From Seison nebaliae (Eukaryota): a DNA stretch of 38,015 nucleotides. This document shows, in pieces, positions 11,055 to 22,737 of this stretch. The notes below the pieces were generated by a model. The model did no database searches, was not told the origin of the DNA, and saw only the letters and a list, made by a program, of their open reading frames with translations. Within the stretch, counting starts at the first letter, position 1. The number at the start of each line of letters is the position of its first letter. The DNA is taken from contig JALJEE010002657.1 of assembly GCA_023231475.1 (NCBI GenBank), positions 1-38,015 of the forward strand. The letters are read 5' to 3'. The translations under genes and the position numbers were made by a program.

Positions 11055-14000
11055 TTAACCACCAAAACACACTGCAGACATGGATAAACCAAATGCGGAT
11101 TCGTCCGATCCAACATTCTTCAATCCAATATCTTTAATTGGTAGAGCTTGAGTATGTTTCGTTCGGACTTCCAACACAGCATTTCCCCATTTGTTTTGTT
11201 TCTATACAAGTAAATGAAACAAATATAATATAACATAAATAATATAAACCATGCAATTATCTTCAACTGTATTATAGAATTTTCTTCCTTTATGAGTGAA
11301 AATTGCATCGTTGATTCCTTTCAATTTTATTGCACCATTGTGAATTTTATTGTTCTCATTCTTCACGGCAATTGTATTGAAACAATTATATGTAAGTCGT
11401 TGATATCCATATTCACTCAATAATTGTAAGAATTTCAGTTGATTTTTGGCAATATGATATTTGAACTAATAGTGTATTATATTTAGGTAGAATAAGTAGT
11501 TAAGTTCAAACCTCATTTGTGCCCAAGATGTCCAAGTTGAACCAAATATGTTCTTCTGGTTCACCTTTGATCCAATCTGATTTCTCAATTGAACTCATAG
11601 GTTCGATACAACTTTCTCCTTTCGCCATATCGCAAAAAACAACAATTGAATCTTCTGCATTACCTTCATTGGGATCAATGTAATACATTCCTTTAATAAA
11701 TGATAATGATACAAAGTAATAAAAGAATCTTTTTAAAAAATAACCTGAAGTTGCATCAGGATTTACTGTTTTTATATGTTGACATGTTAAACCAGGATTT
11801 TCCTTTGAACCAGATGGTTTTTTTTGATTTCTTAAAAACATACTTAATTTTTCAATTCTATGGAATAGTTCTTCGTTAATCTCATTATGAACTAAAGATG
11901 ATTCATCATGTCGAGCAGGACCTTTTTGTCCATCAGGTGCAGTGTACATTCGGGTAAAGAGTCGGTAGTCCAATTGTGCTGCAGGGCCTGGGGGACCAGG
12001 AGGACCTGGTGGTCCATCATCTCCTAGGATTCCTTTTGTACCCAAATTTCCGCGAATTCCTCGATGTCCTGGAGGACCTCGAGAACCCAACAATCCAGGA
12101 ACTCCAACGGTACCATATTCTCCTCGATCTCCCAAGCGGCCCTGAGTTCCTTGGGGCCCTCTTTCTCCCGGTTGACCAACTGGACCTATCGGTCCCATTA
12201 ATCCCATTTTTCCAGGAAGACCTGGAAATCCAGTATTTCCTTTATCTCCTCTGTTACCAATTTGTCCTGGACGACCTTGTTCTCCTGAGAGTCCACGTGG
12301 ACCTATAGGTCCATATTCTCCTTCTAACCCTTCTGGACCACGTTTACCTGGATCACCAACAAGACCCATTTTGCCCATCATTCCAATGGGACCAGCAACA
12401 CCGGGCTTTCCCACTGGACCTTTTGGACCAATTAAACCTGCGGTTCCTTGCTCTCCTTTAGGTCCTAGAGATCCTCTCTGACCAGGTGGACCATCAGATC
12501 CCACATTGCCCCTCGGACCTTCAGGTCCTGATGCACCAGCTTTGCCTTGTTTTCCACGGCTACCTCTTATTCCACGAGGTCCCGGTAATCCGTGGGGTCC
12601 TACGCTACCTTTGGCTCCGTTAGTTCCATCCTTTCCTTTAGGACCTAGAGGACCGCGTTCTCCAGGTAATCCTGGCGAACCTGTTGGTCCTTTTGCTCCC
12701 AAACTTCCTAATGCACCCATTATGCCTTTAGCTCCAGCAATTCCTTCTCTACCTTGGACTCCTGGTCGACCATCATCTCCTCTTGCTCCTTCTTCACCCA
12801 TCACACCGGTTTCTCCATCCAAACCTTCAGGACCAGTTAAACCCTAATAATATTGATAGTATCATATAATTGATATCTATTACATTAAGAATTATAATAA
12901 CTTTTGGACCCTGAGAACCCACTTCTCCGTCAGAACCTACATCACCGGCTGCACCTGGAAAGCCACCTGCTCCCTTTTCGCCATCTCTTCCTGGAGCTCC
13001 TTGAAGTCCAGGGCTTCCACTATTCCCTGTTTGACCACTTGAGCCCAGCAAACCGGCAGCTCCAGGAGCTCCTCGTTTTCCTTGAACACCTGGTAGACCT
13101 TCCTTGCCTTGTGGACCTGGATGGCCGTCGCTTCCCTTTGCTCCCTTTTCTCCTAACATTCCAGCTGCGCCCTATAATGAATTTGGAAACCTTAATTGTA
13201 TATGATGGTAATAATGGAATATTTAACTTGAACACCTCGGGCACCTGCTTCGCCTTGGAGTCCTTGGAGTCCTGGTTTACCTCTGTCTCCTCTTTTACCA
13301 GTTTCTCCCTTGTTACCTGATGGACCTGACAAACCTTGTTGTCCTTGGCTACCTTTTTTACCTTGGTTTCCAGGACTTCCATCTTCGCCATCGTTTCCAT
13401 CGTCTCCAACTATACCTTGGATGCCTGCCGGACCGGGATTACCCTTAATATATTGGTCATTTAAACAATAACGCGATAAAGAACAATTTCCTAACTTTTT
13501 CTCCCAATTCGCCTTTCGCGCCAATCTTACCTCTTTTGCCTTGGGAACCCATATTACCAATTGATCCTGCACTTCCAATAATTCCTTTCATACCTCTATA
13601 TCCTTTGGCACCTGCGGGACCAATATCACCCGAAGATCCAGATTCACCTTTCTTTCCTTCATTTCCGGTAGGTCCTCGTTCACCAGGTGCTCCAATAACT
13701 CCCCGTAAACCTTGAGGACCATTTATACCTGGTCGACCAATGGCGCCAACATCTCCGACGCTTCCTGGTTTACCGGTTCGACCTCTTACTCCTGGAGCAC
13801 CTTGTGTTCCTCTAGTACCAATCATACCTTCTTGTCCTCGATTGCCCTTTTTTCCAGCAACACCTGGTTTTCCTGTTTTGCCTGGAACACCAATGACACC
13901 AGAAGAACCTTTGGTACCTTTCCTACCACTCTTTCCTCGTTTTCCTTGAGGTCCAGCACTTCCGTCTGCGCCAATTTTACCGGGCTTTCCAATATCTCCA

Positions 14001-15672
14001 AGACTTCCATCAATTCCGGTTTGTCCGATTTTCCCACGTACTCCCGATTCACCTTGAAGTCCAGTAGGTCCTGCTTTACCGGATTCACCACGAAGACCTG
14101 GATTACCTATTTTCCCTTGTAAACCTTGTAATCCTTTTGCTCCTTGTGGTCCCGTTGCACCCTTTTCTCCCATCAATCCTTGAATACCTCTTGGTCCGAT
14201 TTCTCCTTTTTGACCAGTACCTCCTTGCATTCCTTCGGGACCTGATAGACCCATATCGCCATCTTTACCTGATTCACCAGCTGGTCCAACACTGCCTTTC
14301 ATACCAATATCGCCTAACGGCCCACGTAATCCTGGTTCTCCTGTAGATCCTCGTTTGCCTTGCTCGCCAACTGCTCCTGCATCCCCAGGTTTTCCACGAG
14401 AACCGGGTGGTCCAAAGTTTCCAGCGTCACCAGTTACTCCAGGATGTCCAACTAGACCATGGATTCCAACAGATCCTTTTTTTCCAACAATACCTCTTTT
14501 TCCTTGTGGTCCCGCTTGACCTGGGTTTCCACTTTCACCGCGAGAACCAGTTAATCCTTTGAGTCCTGCTTTGCCTTCACGACCTTCAGATCCAGGAAAA
14601 CCTGAATGTCCATCAGATCCTGCTATTCCCTTTGGTCCCTTGGCTCCCATTGGTCCATAACCGCCAACGTCCCCTTTTCTTCCAGGCATTCCTTGGTAAC
14701 CGACAATACCTCTAGCTCCGGTGTTGCCGTCAATGCCCTTTTCGCCTTTTAATCCTGGTTTGCCAGATTCTCCGGGTTTTCCCGAAGATCCAACAGATCC
14801 CCGAAATCCTAAGGGACCTCTTAATCCATCACCTCCTCGATTACCCTGAGGTCCAGCCGGCCCTCTTCTTCCTGGGAGTCCAGTTGGACCTTCTTCTCCC
14901 TTTTCTCCGGGTACACCAAGTAATCCTTTATGTCCTGGCATTCCCATTTGTCCGGGTAATCCTGCTTCGCCATGTTGACCAATTTCTCCTCTATTTCCTG
15001 ACTCACCATCACTTCCTCTTGTGCCTTTAACTCCCTGTAGTAAAATAACAAATATTATGTAGTAACTTCAATATTTATTTATTTTTATCCAACCATAAAT
15101 CCAAGAGGTCCTTGTTCGCCTCTAGCTCCTCTAGGTCCTGGTAATCCAACTGTTCCAGCTTCTCCTCGAGGACCTTTTGGTCCAGAATATCCACCTAGAC
15201 CGGGAGAACCTGGTGAACCAATGGCACCAAGACTTCCTGGCTCACCTTGAGTAAAATATTCCAATACTGGTTGTGAAGCTAATTGAGCTTTATTTGATGA
15301 GTTTAAATGAGCAGATAATTGAGTTAGATAATCAGCATTAGGTTTCTAAAATTTTTCAACATATTTTATAATAATTTAAAATAAATATGAATGAACCTCA
15401 CCAGGCAAGCCTGGATCACCGACTTCTCCCGATTCTCCAGGAATACCATCATCTCCTGCTAATCCTGGTAAACCAGCGTCACCATCAAAACCTCGGAAAT
15501 CTTTCGTTCCTACATCAACGTTGCCATCTGCACCCGGTTCCTGACCACGAAATATTAAATTATCATTTCCATAAGCATCTTGTCGGCTTAATAATTCCAA
15601 GTCTATTTCACTTGGTGGTTTGGCATAAGCACTGACTATACAAAATACCAATATCGGTATAATTGCATTCAT
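11055..15672 (-). CDS. Fibrillar collagen alpha chain A (signal peptide, short minor helix, 1014-aa major helix, COLFI C-propeptide)
   Basis: Helix-coding segments 15246-15094, 15034-13496, 13443-13228, 13171-12902 and 12843-11980 total 338 Gly-X-Y triplets. COLFI motifs GSKENPGLTC, YYIDPN, QLKFLQLLS..QRLTYNC, LPIKDIG, AVCFGG*. Confidence 0.95.
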
Positions 15673-17360
15673 TATACAATGCGGTACAATATTATGTGGA
15701 AATATGTTAAAATATTGCCATCAACCTTAAAGAATCATATAACTATCTTTAAAAAGAAACTGCAATTGATTGTAAAGAAACAGAATATAAGGAAAAGTAC
15801 GATCTCTCTATTCACATTCATCTCATTCTTCTCTTTTACATCGTTAAAAAAAATTTTACGAATATGCCATTTGCAACTGAAAATCACTTCCACTCATCTT
15901 TTCACTTCTGACATCTGATCTCATCTTGAGATATTTGTGTTATGCATTCTAAACAAAGTTATCTAACTCCATAAGTTAAACGCTGTTACATTCTCTCTCT
16001 TCTAAAATTTCACACAGAATAGTGGCAATTATAATATATTTGATTTCTCTGCATTCTACTATAAAGATATATGAAATATTCTTGGAAATAAAGCACTTCA
16101 CATATTTTTATCTCAGGCGTGTTTACAGTCGAAGGTTAACTTACCTAATGGCGTTATTTTTCTACGAATATTCTTTTTATTCAGTTAAACTTCTAAGAGT
16201 TATAAATAATTATCTTGATCATTTCTTCCAGAACATAACAATCAATAGACAAAAAATTAACTGGATAATTATGCATATGCGATTTCGACGCAGAACGAAC
16301 ATGGATTCGAAACAAGCATAATCTATTCATCAGAGAGTTCACTATATCACCCTCTTTTTTTCATCATTAGTTGAATTAAGGAATATTATAAAATATGAAC
16401 CAGATCATCTATTCTACTATAAAGTTTCTTCCTTCATCTCCAATCTTCTAATAAAAATAAACTTCATTTAATGATAACTATTATTAATTTTATCAATCTC
16501 AGAATTAAGAGATTCTAAAGGAAAATATCTTTTCCAATACTCCCTAAAGACAGTGTTTCAGACAGTATTAATAGCGTTTCAGTTGTAATATAAAAAGTTG
16601 ACATGTTGAATAAATTGATAAAAATATCCCTGAAGAAAAATCGATATAATTAATCGAACACTATCGATGTTGTATTTCCAATTGTGACTATATAATTTAT
16701 AAATTCGATTATTTGAAAATAATGGGTTCGTTTTTCAAATAGTACAACATATTCTTAGTTGATCGGACCAGATAACTCATTAGCACTGTTGAATTTGACA
16801 TGTTGGCAAAATTTCTTTCTGCTAATAATTTAGGAATCTCTGTTAAAATTTCGGAAGTTAATTCCTATTCAACTATCTTTTTTCTGAAAAAATCTAATTA
16901 TAAGATATTCCTTAGTTATGTTTACAACTAATTTGTATGCATTTTTTCTACATTTTTTGATCAAAACTTTTGAGAAGTTTTACTTTAGTTAGTTAGTTTT
17001 ACTTGTTTTACTTAATTCTTATTTGTTTACGTCTTACTGTTGATTGTAGTAGAGATCATTTCCAGTTCGATCAATTATCCATTCTTTCCGAGGATGCGCT
17101 TTAAGATATAGTTCATGAAAAATAAATAAAAAGTTTTTTGAAATTATGAATTTATTAATAAAAATGATGAAAATTAGTGAGCAAATAAGTATGAAATTAT
17201 ATTGTCGTCGTTGTAATGTATGAAAATAACTATTCACAAATTTGGTATGTAACAAAGTAAGAAAAATGAGTAGAAAATAATAAAATGGAGATGAATGTCG
17301 TCAAGTGAAATGTGAAAATATTATAAGATGTTCATGCAAAATGTTTTAATTCAAGAAAGT

Positions 17361-20300
17361 TCAGTGAATGAAACAGACTTCGGATAGTTCAAATCCGAAT
17401 TCTGATTTCGATGAGTCGATTCCTGTTAAGCCAATATCTTTTATCGGAAGACTTTGGACTTTGTTCGTATCGATTAATAATTCCGCAATTCCATCATTTT
17501 CCTAAAAATGTTAATAAAAAATTCAATGTAGAGAAAGAATTGTTTAAACCATGCAGTTGTCTGAAGCAACTTCATATTTAAATGATGATGTGGGAGAGAA
17601 TACAGCATTGTTCATTCCTTGTAATTTTACTGCGTTTTCAGACACTTCATTCATGTCGTTATTAACCGCAGTGGTATGTTTACAATGCATCGTAAGACTT
17701 TGTCGAACTCGTTTACTTTGGAGTTGCAAGAAGATGAGTTGAACATCTTTCATTTCGTATGAAAACTAAAAACAGTAAATTATATAATATTATTATTAAT
17801 AAATTTGTTTGCCAAACCTGTTTCTGATTAACAATATCATCGTTAAACCATAAGAGGTCTTTAGAAGATCCCTTGAACCAATTATTTTGTGGAACATTTC
17901 CTGTTGGTTGAATACATGTTTCTGTTTCTCCCTCGAAGGAGCAATATACTCGAACAGCGTCATCTTTTCCCATACCATTAGGATCGATATAATAGAAATC
18001 TTTTCAAAACAGTGAAAAATTATATGATGAGTTAATAAAACAAAACCTGATTTGATATTTGGATTTTTCAATTGTATATCGTTACATGTTCGTGCTGGAT
18101 TTGTGATGGTTCCCACTGAATCAGATGGGTTTGATAATAATGATGTTAGGTCAGTAATTTGTTTAAGAACACTCTCATCAATGGAATTCTCAGAACGCCT
18201 TCGCGGTCCTTTTGTTCCCGTTCCGGGAGACATTAAACTGCTTAGTAATCTGTAATCCATTTGGGCAGCTGGTCCTGGTGCACCAGGAGCACCTCGCGGA
18301 CCTGGTTTTCCAACTCCACCATTTCGTCCGGAATATCCACGTTCTCCTCTTGGACCAGCTTGTCCAGTTGGCCCTTGTGGTCCTTGAGGTCCTGGTGGTC
18401 CTCCTTCACCTCGACTTCCTGGTGGTCCTTGTGAACCTCGTGGTCCAGCTGGACCAGCAGGACCTTTAGGACCTTTCTGTCCGTCTAAACCTGGCTTTCC
18501 TGGCATACCAGGGAAACCGATATGACCCTTTGGACCCATTGAACCAACAGAACCCTTGTCTCCACCAGGCCCTTGTTCTCCAACATCGCCTTGAGGCCCA
18601 GCTGGACCGGCTGGTCCAACATCTCCAGTATCTCCTTTGTCCCCAGCTGGTCCTTTTGGTCCTTCTGAACCTGTTGGACCTTGACTACCTGCAGGACCTG
18701 GAGGTCCTTTCATACCTTCAGGTCCCATTGGTCCGCCGTCACCCTTTTCTCCTGGTTCGCCCTGCATACCTGGAGGTCCTTCACGACCTTCATCTCCTTT
18801 TAGACCCGGACTTCCGCTTGTTCCTGGTGGACCCTGAGAACCTCGAGGACCTCTTGAACCTACTGGACCTGGTTGGCCGGCAGTGCCAGCTGGTCCTGGT
18901 GGACCTCCAGGACCTTCTGGTCCAGCGGGACCCGATGGTCCTTTTTCACCAGTCAAACCTACTGGACCAGCAGGTCCTTTTTCGCCAGCTGGACCCTTAT
19001 CTCCCGGTTCTCCTGATGATCCTTGTTCACCGGGTGGACCTGGTTCTCCAGCTTCACCAGCTGGTCCTTGTAAGCCATCTTTTCCATCTGCTCCAGCTGG
19101 ACCCTGAGGACCAGCATCACCGGTATCACCTTTAGGTCCAGCATCTCCAGCTGGACCCATTTCTCCTGGAGCGCCAGCCGGTCCTTCGTTGCCAGCAACA
19201 CCTTTAGCTCCTGCAGGACCTGGAATACCAGGTCGTCCGGCATTACCAGGAGATCCTGGCAGTCCTCGCATACCTGGTGAACCATCTCGTCCCGAAGATC
19301 CCTGTTCACCCGGATTTCCAGTTTTACCTGGTTTTCCAACTCTTCCTTCTAGACCTTGTGCACCTTCACTACCTCGTTCTCCTGGTAATCCTTGTAAACC
19401 CTATCATCAACGATTTAGTTCAAGTTTGTTATATTTATTTACTAACAGGTGCACCCATAGGACCAGTAGATCCTGCTGGACCAGTTAATCCAGTGTTTCC
19501 GCGTTCTCCAGGACTTCCAGTATCTCCTTTTGGTCCTGGTTGTCCAGCATCACCTTTGTCACCTTTTCCTCCCATTGGTCCCATACTTCCTGGTTCACCA
19601 TCTCTACCTGGCATTCCATCGCTACCAGGCATTCCATTTTCTCCTGGTCCACCTTGGATACCCTGCATGAATTGAGTCAGATGATGAAGTATAATTTAAA
19701 AATATAACTTTCGGTCCTTCTGGTCCAGCTAATCCTGCAGGTCCTACTGGACCCATAGGGCCAATTGATCCCATTGGACCTGATGGGCCTATTGCTCCTC
19801 GATCACCAGGCTTTCCAACATTTCCTTGAATACCTTGCATTCCAGCACTTCCACGTTCACCCTTTTCTCCTTGTTGTCCTAATGGACCTCTTGGTCCAAT
19901 TGGACCGATTGGACCCATTGGACCATCATTTCCAGCTTTTCCTATTTTTCCAGGAGCTCCAGTATCTCCAGCACGTCCACGTTGACCAGGACGACCTTCA
20001 TTTCCTTGAGGACCTGGTTGACCTGTTGGTCCCATTTCGCCTGCTTGACCTTGGGGGCCTGGTAACCCTTGTTTACCTTCAGGCCCTTGTTTTCCTTCTG
20101 CTCCATCTTTTCCTGATTCACCAGCAACACCTTGTTCTCCTGATGGACCAATTGATCCAGGTTCTCCTGTCGGACCTGGAGGTCCTGCAGGGCCCGGTCC
20201 TCCATCTTTACCAGGAGCACCTTCGGTTCCATCATTACCATTCAAACCAGGTTCTCCTCGTTCTCCGGTATTCCCTCTTTCTCCAGCAGGTCCTGGAGCT

Positions 20301-22040
20301 CCACGAGGTCCACCAGGACCAGCTTTTCCTGGACGACCGGCTCTACCTGATGGACCACGAAGTCCGGTTGGTCCTTGTTCTCCGGCGACACCTGGTTCTC
20401 CCTTATCTCCAGCATCTCCTTTGTCTCCTGGAGCTCCTGCCGGACCAGTTTGTCCGAGAGGGCCAGCAGGACCTTCTTTGCCATCAGCACCTTCTTTGCC
20501 TTGTTCACCAGCAGATCCAGTCTCTCCTTGAGGTCCAGCTTCTCCCATTGGACCAGCCGGTCCTGGTGCTCCAATTTCTCCTTGCGGTCCAGCTTCACCA
20601 TCTTTTCCTGCTAAACCAGTTTCACCTTGGGGACCTAATTCACCTTGGATACCTTGAGCTCCAGCATCTCCAGGTTTGCCAGCCAAACCAGGAGTTCCGG
20701 GAAATCCACGAGCACCCATTAAACCTCGAGGTCCAGTTGCACCGGGAGCGCCAAGAGGACCTTGTGATCCAACATCTCCTTGGACTCCAGGAGCGCCCTG
20801 TGGTCCCATGTCTCCTCCAGGTCCTTTTTCTCCTTGAACTCCTTGTTCTCCTTTCTCTCCAGCAGCACCAATAGCTCCCATATCACCCTTAGCACCTGCC
20901 AATCCGGGAAATCCTCGTTCACCCATTGGTCCTGCAGGACCAGGGCTACCTTTACCTCCAGGGTAACCTGTACTACCTGGAGAGCCTTGTGCGCCTCTGG
21001 GACCAGGTGGACCTCGGAATCCAGGATTACCACGTTGTCCTTCATCTCCTCTAGGACCTGATTGACCAATTAGACCTCTTGGACCTTGTGGACCTGCAAC
21101 ACCTCGCTCTCCTTTGGCACCTAGATGACCTTCATTTCCTTTCACACCTGGAATACCAGGAGGACCCATCATGCCAGGTTCACCAGGTTTACCGTCTTCG
21201 CCATCCTTTCCACTGGGACCAATACTACCAACGTCGCCCTTTTCGCCCTTAAAAATAACAAAATTTGTAAATTCGAATATATTTAAGAATTAAACCGCTG
21301 GTCCTCTTGGTCCTTGTTGTCCTCGTGGACCTTGAATGCCTTGTAAACCGTTACTTCCAGGTTCGCCTCTTGATCCCATAGGGCCTCTTTCGCCCCGTGG
21401 TCCAGATGGTCCAGCTTGGCCTGGTTCTCCATCACGACCAGGTTCCCCTTGAGAATAGTACTGCATTTGTGGCATAGCAGCCAAAGGACCTTTATTGGAT
21501 TGTCCTACTTGTGCGTTTACTTGTTGAATAAATTCGTCATTTTCGTTCTATTTTCGGATATTAAACCTTTAAAAAATGAATTAAAAAATAAACTGTTGGT
21601 TCTTCTCCGGCTTCCGGTTCTTGTCCGCGAGCAATTTTTCGATGAACACTGCCCTCAACTTCAGCTGTAATGGAAAGAGAAATAACAATAAATTGGATAA
21701 TCACAACAAGACGTTTTATTGAATAAGTTAATGTTTTAAATGAATGAATAATGATCATTTATTATCAAAAAGAATTCATTGCTTTGTAGCAGTAATTAAG
21801 ATTAGGAATTTCTATGCATTGAAAACGACGATCAAATGTACAACGACAAGCTGCACATCGATCGTTCCAAAGTTCGGTGCCTGCTTCATAGTAGATTGAT
21901 TGGCCATTGTCACTCGTCAAATGACATCGATTTTGTACTTCTGAAATAAAAAGCAAAAACAATTACTAACATTTCGGTGCAGCGAAACATCGATGTATTA
22001 CAAGAACGGATAAAAGTAGATAGATTGCCAAAGATTTCAT
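17361..22040 (-). CDS. Fibrillar collagen alpha chain B (signal peptide, 1014-aa major helix, COLFI C-propeptide)
   Basis: Exon 1 22040-21971 ([23 protein letters not shown]) splices in phase 1 to 21664. Helix segments 21448-21296, 21247-19709, 19662-19447 and 19400-18267 total 338 triplets. COLFI motifs [41 protein letters not shown]. Confidence 0.95.
21765..21937 (-). CDS. vWC-like six-cysteine exon inside intron 1 of collagen B (alternative terminal exon or relic)
   Basis: [56 protein letters not shown] matches the C..G..W..D.CxxCxC...C...C pattern of the first vWC subdomain. Preceded by TTTATTTCAGAAG; TGA followed by AATAAA. Confidence 0.55.
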
Positions 22041-22737
22041 TTTCCTCAATTAACTGAGCTAGTTATCAGTGAATAAGAAAACGAATTCAAAGAATCTGTT
22101 AAACTACAAAATAGACTAACAAACTATGTATCATGTAAATATAGCGGCTATCGATCCCCCATGAAGAGGGAATTCCGCCAACTATCGAATGACTATCAAA
22201 AGAAAAGTCTGTTAAGAATGATAATAAATTGCTCAAAATTAAAGACGATCTCTTCATTTATCAACACATAAAATAATTTGTAGAGATTTTCGAAACTTCA
22301 CATAAACTTTACAATAAATTCCACTACTTTTACGGAGGATTAAGTAGAGGATTCTGTTAAGGAATAAGAAACTTTAAAAGAATAAGAAAGCAAAGTAATG
22401 TTATGAATATAGATTATTAAACTTCACGTTACATTATATAGACATTACTAACGCTCCCCATTTGCTAACACAAGGGAGGTCGATTACGCATTTTCCGTCC
22501 TACTCCATCCAACTCTTCTCTTCTCTAATAGAAATATTATTATGAAACACATCTTAACAGAGTTCACACTTAATAAAATTGCCGACAGATTTACATTCGG
22601 CAGATTATTTCATGTTCTCTCTCTCTCCCTCTCTCTTTCTTCCTCCCATAATGGGAACACGTCTATAATAAACTAGCGAGGAATTTCGTAAAAACTTCTG
22701 CAGCTACATCAGTTAATTGATAGTAAAAGTAAATGCG

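Noticed and set aside
11976..21069. Many antisense and off-frame ORFs over the collagen helices
   Set aside because: Shadow ORFs produced by Gly-X-Y codon periodicity.
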